Of a stretch of DNA of 64,000 bases, positions 19,420 to 29,000 are shown in pieces. Position 1 is the stretch's first letter. Every line of letters begins with the position of its first letter. Source of the stretch: a virus. The stretch is from positions 11,022-75,021 of the IMG/VR virus record IMGVR_UViG_3300020477_001468. One strand, 5' to 3'. The translations under genes and the position numbers were made by a program. The notes below the pieces were generated by a model, which did no database searches, was not told where the DNA came from, and worked only from the letters and a program-made list of their open reading frames with translations.

Positions 19420-20059
19420 TAATTGTTGGTTAAATTCTGGATACAAGGATATAATATGGTCAATCACTTATAGAGTAGTAAATAATTTTGCAAGTCATTT
19501 AAAAGTACATCCTGTTACCTTTGGTTTGGTTAGATCAAAAGATAAAGAAACATTAATTGAAAGATTTGAAACTATAATAAAACAATATGATATACAATTT
19601 ACTTATGAATTTTGTAAAGATACTAATCCTCAAGAATATAGAAAACAAGAAATAGAATATTTCAATACTGAACCATACATACCTTTTAAAGAACCATATA
19701 TTGGAGGAGAATATTTTACATTAAACTTACCTGACAATTTCCAAACTAAGATATTATCTCAACAAAAGCTAAAAGATAAACGTATAATCTTAAATACAAA
19801 TAATGTTTATAAAAAGATTATTGAGTTGACTAACAACAATATTAAGATATTATCATATACTGATAAAGCTATAGATGTAATACACACCCTCAAACATACA
19901 AAACACCATTTTACCTATTGTGGAGCAACTGCTTGGATTGCTGAACATATGAAAGTACCACAAACAATTATTAGTCAAGATCCTGAATATCTAAAAGACA
20001 ATGAATTAAAATTTGGAAATAACATTCATATTAGTGAAGAAAATTTTTTATATGGTTAA
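19397..20059 (+). CDS. Hypothetical protein, possibly GT-B-like
   Basis: GYKD near N-terminus and TYCGATAWIA..MKVP echo the 11281 protein. Confidence 0.4.
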   Translation: MGDFLDIDNCWLNSGYKDIIWSITYRVVNNFASHLKVHPVTFGLVRSKDKETLIERFETIIKQYDIQFTYEFCKDTNPQEYRKQEIEYFNTEPYIPFKEPYIGGEYFTLNLPDNFQTKILSQQKLKDKRIILNTNNVYKKIIELTNNNIKILSYTDKAIDVIHTLKHTKHHFTYCGATAWIAEHMKVPQTIISQDPEYLKDNELKFGNNIHISEENFLYG

Positions 20060-20726
20060 CATATGTTGTTTGTTATTTAAAAATGATTGGACAAATCCAA
20101 AATACCAAAATTTAGATTCTGTTTATGATTTTTCTTGGGTGGAAAAACTGTATGCGATGTGTGAAAGAAATATCACATATGAATTTACATTTTATTGCTT
20201 AACAAATATACATTTTAAACATGATAGTATTATCAATATACCAATTTTAAACAATAAACCATCAACGTATGATAAACTTCAGCTATTTCAAAAAAATGCC
20301 ATAAAAGATCATCCAACTGTTTATTTTGATTTAGATGTAGTTATTACAAATAATATTGATCAACTTTTTGATATACAAGAATTAACTATGGTAAGTAAAT
20401 TTTGTAGGAATCCATTTGCTAAAGAGACTGCACCTAATAATGGATCAATAATTGGTTGGATACCAAACAAATATTATTGGATATATGATATATGGAAAAA
20501 TGCTACCAACTTACCTATAACTGAGGATCAATTATTGACTCCTCTTTCTACAACCTATTCACAAGAAATAATCTCAAGCTATACAGGAAATGAAGTTGAT
20601 CTGTTGTGGTGGGATAAACCATATACTTTTAACAAAAAGCATATTGTTATATGTTTTAACAAACATAGTAAAAAACAAGATTATTATCAGAATGAAAGTT
20701 TATGGATTAAAGATTATTGGTATTGA
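20052..20726 (+). CDS. Glycosyltransferase (GT-A, related to 9088 and 9764)
   Basis: VEKLYAMCERN, FYCLT, YFDLDVV, NGS, DQ; ATG at 20052 preferred. Confidence 0.75.
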   Translation: MVNICCLLFKNDWTNPKYQNLDSVYDFSWVEKLYAMCERNITYEFTFYCLTNIHFKHDSIINIPILNNKPSTYDKLQLFQKNAIKDHPTVYFDLDVVITNNIDQLFDIQELTMVSKFCRNPFAKETAPNNGSIIGWIPNKYYWIYDIWKNATNLPITEDQLLTPLSTTYSQEIISSYTGNEVDLLWWDKPYTFNKKHIVICFNKHSKKQDYYQNESLWIKDYWY

Positions 20727-21325
20727 AATTCTTCTAAAGTAGTTTTAGACATCTCATTATCTAAAATTCTAAAAGCAAGAGAATATCTTTTACAATTAGT
20801 AGCCATTGCATGCCAACAATAAGGATATTTTTCAATAGATGCATGAGAATGAAAAACTGTTGATTTAACAGACCAACCTGGTACATCATTTAATTCAGTT
20901 GTTTTATCTTCAAGTTCATTATGAAGTTTAAAAACACCATCTCCTGTTTCTGACCAACAAAATAACATATTTCTTCCCGGAACATCAGCATTATGATGCC
21001 AGCTTACATACCCTCCCTCATCATACCATGTATTAAGAGCAATTGAAACTGCTCCAAGATAACTTGCAAGTTCATATACGTATGGTGAAATAATTAAATA
21101 ATCTCCATGATTGTATGGAGGAGACAAGTTATGAGAATATTGAAAATATGGCCAACAGCTGTGTTCGATTACTTTGTACTGTTTAGCATGTTCAAGTAAA
21201 TTACTCGAAACAGCTTGTTGATTATACAACTGTTCATGAATATACCTACTCTTCCCTACAAAATGAGGAAAGTTAACTTCAATCTTATTTAATATTGTTT
21301 GTACTGTAGCAGGAATCTTCATCAT
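20714..21325 (-). CDS. Putative Fe(II)/2OG oxygenase (double-stranded beta-helix)
   Basis: YDEGGYVSWHHN...WHAM....RYSLAF. Confidence 0.6.
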   Translation of the reverse strand: MMKIPATVQTILNKIEVNFPHFVGKSRYIHEQLYNQQAVSSNLLEHAKQYKVIEHSCWPYFQYSHNLSPPYNHGDYLIISPYVYELASYLGAVSIALNTWYDEGGYVSWHHNADVPGRNMLFCWSETGDGVFKLHNELEDKTTELNDVPGWSVKSTVFHSHASIEKYPYCWHAMATNCKRYSLAFRILDNEMSKTTLEEFQYQ

Positions 21326-22067
21326 GATAAAATTCTCTATGAAATTGATGTATTCTATTGAATAAAGGAGTTTTCACCTCCCGCAAAATAATATCCTCTT
21401 CTTTTACTCTCTCAACAATTCTATCATACACGTGTATAAAGTTATAGATGCAATCTTTGCCTTTAATATAATCCCATTTAATATCTGGTCTATACCATGG
21501 GTCATCTTTATCATTGACACCTAACATTAAACCTAAAGGAAATTGATCCCATTCTTGTATGTCCAGTGGATGGTATAAAGGCTTCCATCTTTCGGTCATC
21601 TTATTCTGTCGGAACCACAACCAATTATCCCACCATTCCCGCATAAAAGACAACGTTTTTTTATTGTTCCTATAAAGAAAAAATCCTCCATGAGGATGAG
21701 ATTGAGTTACACCCTTCCACCAAATTTTAGCTGCTGCATATGGTCTAATTTTTGTGAAAACAATATCATTATCTTCAATAAGAGAAAAGATAGTTTTTAT
21801 TGCAGCTGATTGACAAAGCATATCAGCATCAATATAACAAGTTATCTCATAAGGTGTTTGAGGTAAAGCCCATAATTTAGCACGTTTGGAAGGAGGAGCA
21901 CCACTTACTACATTATCAAAAACATGATTACCAGCATCATTTTTCCATTCATCAATAGTAAAAAGAGTTATCGGTATATTAGAATATTCTTTTATACTAT
22001 CTGCTAACATTTGGGCAGATGTTAGATAAGGCTTATAAACGCTGGCAACTAATAAGATGCCGTTCAT
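21285..22067 (-). CDS. GT-A fold glycosyltransferase
   Basis: RAKLWAL..TPY..T.YIDAD, HGG, WDQ; ATG at 22067 forms an ATGA overlap with the upstream stop. Confidence 0.8.
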   Translation of the reverse strand: MNGILLVASVYKPYLTSAQMLADSIKEYSNIPITLFTIDEWKNDAGNHVFDNVVSGAPPSKRAKLWALPQTPYEITCYIDADMLCQSAAIKTIFSLIEDNDIVFTKIRPYAAAKIWWKGVTQSHPHGGFFLYRNNKKTLSFMREWWDNWLWFRQNKMTERWKPLYHPLDIQEWDQFPLGLMLGVNDKDDPWYRPDIKWDYIKGKDCIYNFIHVYDRIVERVKEEDIILREVKTPLFNRIHQFHREFYHDEDSCYSTNNIK

Positions 22068-22642
22068 TTTCCTTTTGTTGTTTTCGCCTTTTTTGTAGTC
22101 GCTTTTGCTGGAGCAGACTTTGCTGGAGCAGATTTTGCTTCCATCATAATCATTGCTACACATGCTGAAATTTCAACAGCACTAGTAGATTTTCTTATTC
22201 GAGATCTCAAATCTTTATTATCTGAATTCTTTACTTCTTCTATTTCAAATGCTTCAAGTTTAATAGTAAATAATTCTTTTAACTTAGCAGCTTTTCTATC
22301 TTCATCAGTCAGTTGTGCAGGAGTAGCATTTTCTAAATTCTCTACTCTACTATCCACAGCTTTTACATTGTCTAAATTACTATCAACACTATCCAATCTT
22401 TTATGTAATTCTTCTATATGTGGATGCATGTTTTTAGCTTTTTCAAGATCCATTGCTTGTTTACGTTCTGTAAATTGGTCTATAGCTTCTGGTCCACCTA
22501 ATTTATCAATAGTATCTTGCCACTCCTCATGTCCTTCGGTAATAACATTGTTAAGTGTTTGATTAAATTCATTTTTGGCGCAATAAGTCATGCTAGTTTT
22601 GGTATCATCATTCCATATTGCTTCAATCAATTGTATTGGCAT
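22064..22642 (-). CDS. Hypothetical coiled-coil protein in the fibre operon
   Basis: AGGAGA RBS; helical; LFTIKLEAFEIEEVKNS; Lys/Ala-rich tail. Confidence 0.7.
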   Translation of the reverse strand: MPIQLIEAIWNDDTKTSMTYCAKNEFNQTLNNVITEGHEEWQDTIDKLGGPEAIDQFTERKQAMDLEKAKNMHPHIEELHKRLDSVDSNLDNVKAVDSRVENLENATPAQLTDEDRKAAKLKELFTIKLEAFEIEEVKNSDNKDLRSRIRKSTSAVEISACVAMIMMEAKSAPAKSAPAKATTKKAKTTKGK

Positions 22643-22656
22643 AATTTCTCCTAGGA

Positions 22657-23862
22657 TTATCCTGTTCTTTTATAGAGGTTGTAAGTTGTTGCTGTTAGAC
22701 TACTTTGTACAGTTGCTCCTGTATAAGCTCCTGAGTAGTTGCCTGTGTAATTACCTGTGTAGTTACCTGAATAGTTACCTTGATGTGATCCTCCATAATA
22801 CCTCGCATATGTTCCTGTATACGTTCCTGTATAAGTCCCTGTATATGTTCCTGTGTAATCTACATTAGAAACATCAGCAAGATTATTAACAAAGGCCCCA
22901 GCTGTAACCCATGTACCAGAACCTGGAGCAGAGGTACCTATTTGATAATCACCAATAGTTTTATTACTATTAGTTGACTGAGAAGTTAATAAAAAGTTTC
23001 GCCATTCATCTACCAGTGTCATAATTTCAGCCACTGTCATTTGTTGAACACCATCACCACCTGATCGTACTTTAAGTGGTTCTATGGCTTTACAGAATTG
23101 TAAATTACCAGATCCGCCTGAAGCATTAACAGCAATAGTGAAGTTATTATCATCGACTTTTGTTACTACATAGTATGCATTAGCTGAAACAGTAGCAGAG
23201 GCTTGTACTACAGCTATATAATCACCTGTTTCCAACCCATGAGAATTATGAGCTATATTTGTTGGATTAGCAGCAGAAAATGTACCATACATTAAACCAT
23301 TTAATGCTTGATTGGCTCCTGTTACACCTGTTTTTCTTCTTAAATTATATTGAACTGCTCCATCTGTACCTGATGCTCTATAATTATCCGTTGCTGTTGA
23401 ACCAATAGTTGACCAAGTATGACTATCAGGTGCCGCAGTACCTAAATGATAACCACCAATAGGATATAAAGTACCAGCCCATGCATTTGCTAGTCTTAAA
23501 AGAATATGATCTTTCATTTCAGCAGATGTTAATGTTTGTAATTTATTTCCTGAAGCAATATATCGAAATGGGTAGACCGTACTACCTAAACCTTCTGTTG
23601 ATGTATCTTGACTAAATTTATAATAAGTAGTCGTTATTGCAGAATCAGTTGGATGAGCACCAACATCATCATCTCTTACTGTATCAGTGAATGTATAATC
23701 ACCTGAATCGCCACCAGCTAAATTAAGATTAGCTCTTAAAGAAGTTGTTTGAACAGTAGCAAATTTATATAAAACAAGTGGTACAATACATGCATCAATT
23801 TCAGCATCTGACATTTCTCGTAAGTCAGATGTATTATATAATTTTAATGGGGTACCTGCCAT
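22657..23862 (-). CDS. Virion structural or fibre-associated protein with C-terminal Y-x-G repeats
   Basis: G/T/S/A-rich; directly follows the fibre gene; tetrapeptide repeats. Confidence 0.7.
   Translation of the reverse strand: MAGTPLKLYNTSDLREMSDAEIDACIVPLVLYKFATVQTTSLRANLNLAGGDSGDYTFTDTVRDDDVGAHPTDSAITTTYYKFSQDTSTEGLGSTVYPFRYIASGNKLQTLTSAEMKDHILLRLANAWAGTLYPIGGYHLGTAAPDSHTWSTIGSTATDNYRASGTDGAVQYNLRRKTGVTGANQALNGLMYGTFSAANPTNIAHNSHGLETGDYIAVVQASATVSANAYYVVTKVDDNNFTIAVNASGGSGNLQFCKAIEPLKVRSGGDGVQQMTVAEIMTLVDEWRNFLLTSQSTNSNKTIGDYQIGTSAPGSGTWVTAGAFVNNLADVSNVDYTGTYTGTYTGTYTGTYARYYGGSHQGNYSGNYTGNYTGNYSGAYTGATVQSSLTATTYNLYKRTG
22717..22857 (-). repeat. 12-nt coding tandem repeat encoding (Y-[TS]-G-[TNA])n
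   Basis: YTGTYTGTYTGTYTGTYARYYGGSHQGNYSGNYTGNYTGNYSGAYTG. Confidence 0.95.
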
Positions 23863-23863
23863 A

Positions 23864-25822
23864 TTATGGTCCTAAGCGTGTTCCAGATGAATTATAGACA
23901 CCAAAATCGACATAAGATAAATCGCCATCAGCATCAGATTTTAAGAGCTTATCTGCTCCTGCACCAGTAGTTACTTTTAATGTTGGTGTTGTAAGAAGAC
24001 CTACTAATGTTACATTATCAGATGTATCCATTGTAATTGTTGAACCACCATCACTAGCTCTAATAACATTACCACCTACTGTAATATCATTACCTATTGT
24101 AACATTATCAGATGTGTCTAATGTAATAGTAGAACCGCCATCAGATGCCTTAATAATATTACCATCTATTTCTAATGTACCACCAATTGTTACATTATCT
24201 GATGTGTCCATAGTAATCGTAGAACCACCATCACTGGCTTTAATAATATTACCACCAACTGTTACATTACCAGCAATTGTTACATTATCACTTGTATCCA
24301 TAGTGATTGTTGAACCACCGTCACTAGCTTTAATAATATTACCATCTACTTCTAATGTACCACCAACAGTTAAATCATTACCTACTGTTACATTATCACT
24401 TGTATCCATTACAATTGTTGCGCCACCATCAGAAGCAAGAATTCTATTGTTACCAACTTTTACATCACCACTTAAATAAACATTACCTGCTACATCTAAT
24501 GGATCTGTAAAATTCCAACTATCATCAGCATCATCCCAAGTTAACTTGTGAACAGTTGTACCAGGAACAATTATACCAGCATCATCAACACCAGCATCTG
24601 TTTGTGGTCCTGCAAAATCTAATGTTCCTGCAGATTCACCTGACATATCTACTGGAATACTAAATGTTGTTGATGATATTACAGTTGCTGTATAAATTGC
24701 TTCTGCTGGAATATTTGTAGCATCATCGGTTCTAAGAACGACAATCTTATTAGTAGAACTTAAACCATGAGCTGTTGTTGAGCCATTTTTCTTTGAAGTA
24801 ATTACAGTTGGATTAGCAGCTGTAAAAGAACTATTTGAAAATACATCACTACCAGCACCTAAAACTAATGTTTTATCTTTTGAAACTTGTGTTGAAGTAT
24901 CAATAAATGTTCTTGTACCTTGAACAACTAAATTACCAGTAATAATTGTATTATTAGAATCAATTGTAGTTGTTGGTGTCTTTAAAGTAATAAAAGAAGT
25001 AGTCTGTGCATTTACATATGCACCAGTTGCTTTTACATTACCTGTTGCTAATAACTGATTACCTAAAGTTACTGTGCCTGAAACATTAGCAGTACCTGAT
25101 ACTTGTAATTTTGCATCTCCTGCTGTTGCTCCTGTACCTATAGCAACGTTACCACCAATAGAAATATTTAATCGTTCTGTTGAAGCAGTAGAAGAATTAC
25201 CAGTGAACATCCTAATTACATCTTCATCTGCAGAATTTTCTAAGGTGATCTTTGTATCACCATCCTGGTCCTGAGACCCTACTGCCAAAGATTCAAAATT
25301 TGTTCCGGTATTACCTTCAAATCGGCTTAACGTTGAATTATAACGAATTGATCCTGTTTCACCAGCTCTTTGAGCTGTTGTACCCGCAGGGATTTGAAGT
25401 GAACCTGTTGTTGTATCACCTACAACACCATTTACATATAAGGCACCAAATCTCTTTGTTGCTGAACCTAAAGTTGCTGAGGTAACATCAGCTGTTGGTA
25501 CAATACTTGAAGATAAGGTACCATTGATTGTTACTATATCAGCAGATGCACTACCTATGGTAGTATTACCATTGACGGTTGCATCTTTTGAAATTACCGT
25601 GTTCCCTTGAACATTGAGATTGTCACCAACGTAAACTGTCTTCTTAATAGCAGCACCACCGGATGTAATAATCGACCCAGTTGTATTCGACGTAGAATCA
25701 ACAGTGGTATTAGCGACCTTTAGTGATTCTTTACCGCCAATGGCTTGTGTATACGTCAACAGTGTATTGGTACGGGTTCTCCAAGTATCAAAGGTATCAC
25801 TTAGTGCTACGTTCGCTGACAT
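23864..25822 (-). CDS. Tail fibre-like protein
   Basis: N-terminal VALSDTFDTWRTRTN, IPAGTTAQR..GSIRYN module, beta-repeat region. Confidence 0.75.
   Translation of the reverse strand: MSANVALSDTFDTWRTRTNTLLTYTQAIGGKESLKVANTTVDSTSNTTGSIITSGGAAIKKTVYVGDNLNVQGNTVISKDATVNGNTTIGSASADIVTINGTLSSSIVPTADVTSATLGSATKRFGALYVNGVVGDTTTGSLQIPAGTTAQRAGETGSIRYNSTLSRFEGNTGTNFESLAVGSQDQDGDTKITLENSADEDVIRMFTGNSSTASTERLNISIGGNVAIGTGATAGDAKLQVSGTANVSGTVTLGNQLLATGNVKATGAYVNAQTTSFITLKTPTTTIDSNNTIITGNLVVQGTRTFIDTSTQVSKDKTLVLGAGSDVFSNSSFTAANPTVITSKKNGSTTAHGLSSTNKIVVLRTDDATNIPAEAIYTATVISSTTFSIPVDMSGESAGTLDFAGPQTDAGVDDAGIIVPGTTVHKLTWDDADDSWNFTDPLDVAGNVYLSGDVKVGNNRILASDGGATIVMDTSDNVTVGNDLTVGGTLEVDGNIIKASDGGSTITMDTSDNVTIAGNVTVGGNIIKASDGGSTITMDTSDNVTIGGTLEIDGNIIKASDGGSTITLDTSDNVTIGNDITVGGNVIRASDGGSTITMDTSDNVTLVGLLTTPTLKVTTGAGADKLLKSDADGDLSYVDFGVYNSSGTRLGP
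24005..24453 (-). repeat. Five coding repeats of GNIIKASDGGSTITMDTSDNVT with short variable linkers
   Basis: Visible in protein and DNA, with synonymous divergence between copies. Confidence 0.95.
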
Positions 25823-26033
25823 CTAATTGCTCCAATAATAATTGTTTTATAAAAGTTATGTCGTTTTGCAAAGAATTTACTTTAGCTTTTAGCTGTAAGT
25901 AATCTTTATCTTTCTCTTGAAGTTGTTTCTTTTGTTCTCTATATTTATGCAGAGCACTTAAATCCGTCGCTAAAAGCGCTTTTGAATTTATGTCTCTTAC
26001 AAATCTCGTATCTTCTGTTTGTACTTTACTCAT
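25797..26033 (-). CDS. Small coiled-coil protein downstream of the VrlC-like gene
   Basis: FVRD..SKALL.TD...Y, coiled-coil C-terminus; overlaps both neighbours. Confidence 0.7.
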   Translation of the reverse strand: MSKVQTEDTRFVRDINSKALLATDLSALHKYREQKKQLQEKDKDYLQLKAKVNSLQNDITFIKQLLLEQLDVSERSTK

Positions 26034-29000
26034 CTAAAGCTATAGCTCTAAGGTCACGAATACGAGGCGGATCACAATTATCCGTAGATAACATTCCAAC
26101 CTTTATTATAAACGACTTGAATCTATCGTATGTTATACCATCAGTAGTATAATTAACAACATCATTTAATGTTTTAAATATATATTCTTTTACATCGTTT
26201 GTATTTAAAGAATATAATGATGAGGATGTTTCTTGAGTCAATAAAAAGAAGTTTTTATCATCTAAGGTTTCTGCATCATCACCACTAATTACTTTTGCAT
26301 AAACATATATTTCTGATGTTCTAGGTTTATAAGCATTTAAAATGACTTTTATGTCAGATGCATCAAATCCATCTTCTAATGTTACTTTTCTTGTAAGATA
26401 CTTTGCATTTAAATTTCCACCTTCATTACCTGTTTCACCAATACATACTATAGCTCCACTCGTACCATTGGCTACAGAAGAATTGGCTACGCTAACAGTT
26501 GGTGTTGAAATATAACCTGATCCTGCTGATGTAACTGTAACGCCTGTTATGACACCAGAACTATTATTTTGTACAGTAATTGTTGCAACATTAGATGTAC
26601 CACCACCTGACACAATAGCAGTTGTTAAAGTGTTATAATTTTGTCCGCCATCTGTAATATAAAAATCAGAATTACTTAATCCACCATTATCAATATCATT
26701 TTCTACTGTAATAACATTCATTCTATCAATATCAATATATGGTGACACTTTTGAATCAGTCGATGCGATACTTGCTTTTACATACATTTCACTTGCAGTC
26801 GCAGCTTGAAACATCAAACGCGAACTTAAATATGTTGTTTGATCTAAATCTATATTAGAATATGTTGCCGTTGTTGCACCAGCAGTATTAGTACCTCTAT
26901 AACTAAATGTTTGTGTTGTATTTGAAAATTCTAAATGCGAAGAATTTATTTTTATTACATCTGCATGTACATTAGCTGTATTTCCAGATAATGGTGTTGC
27001 ATTAGAACTTAATACAGCCGTTCCAGTTGAACCTGTTGTAAAATCACATCTATTAACTCTAAATGTTATACTTCGTTCAGGATCAGGTATTGGAACAGTT
27101 TGATTCTGAGCTTCATACAATACACCAACATTTGGTTGTGTTGCAATACGTCTTGATGTACCTGTTGAAAGTTCACCATTTTTAGCAGTGTAAATTTGAT
27201 ATTCACTACTATTAGTTACAAATGTTAAGGCATATTCATCTGGTGGTAGATAAACTGGTGAATCAAAAGTAAAAGTTGTTATATGTGACGTATTAGATGT
27301 ACTTGGCACATTAGCAGACTGTGCATTAACTTCTTCTGGTCGTAATGTTTTTTCTCCAAACGGCACAATTAAATTTGTACTTGGTAAATTATTTCTAATT
27401 GGTCTTACCTGAAGTGTAATTGGTGCCTGTACCGTTGATGTATTAGCAGTTGCTTTTTGCCTGAAAAACACATCAACAGAATTTACAAAAACACCTTGAG
27501 GATTCTGAGCTTTATCCACAAAAAATGTTTGAGAGAAAGGATTCATATAATTAGAAGTTTTTGAATCTCTTCTTGATTGGTCAAAATTAACTTTTTCAGA
27601 CTTTAATTCATCTCTTCTTGATATTGGTAATCTTGTTCCTATAATATTAGCCTCGCCTGTAGCTAATGTTCCTTGAACTGGATATCTAACTTCTGCAACA
27701 GTTGTTGCTGATGATAATGTATGTGTTGATACATCCATAAGTCTAACTAATCTTTCTCCAGATCTAAATGTACCAGCAGGTATTGTAATACTACCTGCAG
27801 TTTCTCCAGCAAGATTAGTATTTGCTCGGGTTGTATTGGTTGGAGTTGTTCTACTTGAAATGGTAGCTGTAATACCACTTGTTGCACCTATAAGAGTACC
27901 CGTACTAAAAGATGATGCTTCTGCTCCAGAAGTCGATAATGTTCTAATATGCATCGTAGCTGTATTACTCGAAGTAGTTTTACTTACTAATAAGACAACT
28001 CCAGTATTTGCTCCTTGAGTAACAGTTTCACCTTTTACAAAATGTGTCTCTGTATTAGCAATAGCTGTAACAGTTAGTACAGAAGCAGGTGTTGTATTAG
28101 CTGCTGTACCATCAAAATACAAATATACATTTTGACTTGGCTTCATTCCTGTTGCAACATAATTTATTGTTTGAGCTCGAGTAAATGGAATAATCGATAC
28201 ATCAACAATCTTATTACCTACAGTTCTTTTAATAGCTTCTGGCATGTTGCTTGTTTTAATACCAGTTCTAGTAAAAACCTGAGAAGATAGTTTAGCTCGT
28301 TTTCTGTTTTCAGATGTGTTTCCTAAATCTTTTATACTTAAAGATGGGTCTGTATTAATCTGTTCACCAGACCAAATTTTTGACCAGTCAGCCCATTGAC
28401 TACCATGACCATTCTCAGCATCACCAAATTGCCATGCATCATTTATACCTTCTAAGTTAACTAGCACATCAGCTCTAGTAACTGTATCAAACCATGTATC
28501 TGAACTTGGATCAAGTACAACATTTCCAATATGACTCACGAAATTAAATGGATTAACTTCAATATATGAATTACTAGATAATGGTTGCTTTATCATAACA
28601 TTACTTGTATATGGTAATGTCACAACATTGCCTGTTAAAGTCACACTAGAACTATTACTTGAATTGTAATAAAATCTGTAATTATCAGAATTAAAACTAG
28701 GTCTCAATTCTTGAGCATCAAAATCAATGGATGCTTTATAGTCAGGTGATGATACATCACCAACAGAATGTCCTTTAAATCCATCTACTAAAATACCATT
28801 CTTAAATCTTGAACCTGTAGGATTAAATAAAGAATCTGTAATACCACTTCCTGTAACGTCTCTAGCAGCCGTTTCCTTCTCTAACAATGTTAATGATGTG
28901 TAATATTCAAGATTTTCTATTCTACGTTCCAATTTACCGATATCACGCATTGTAAAGCGTCTATTATCAATATATTTTGTTTGCACATCTGAAACATTAA

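Noticed and set aside
22717-22857. C-terminal Asn/Tyr-rich repeat as a diversity-generating retroelement variable region
   Set aside because: No reverse transcriptase or template-repeat copy seen in the window
24005-24453. Spaced repeats as a possible CRISPR array
   Set aside because: They are in-frame coding repeats with synonymous variation; the linkers resemble each other; no cas genes
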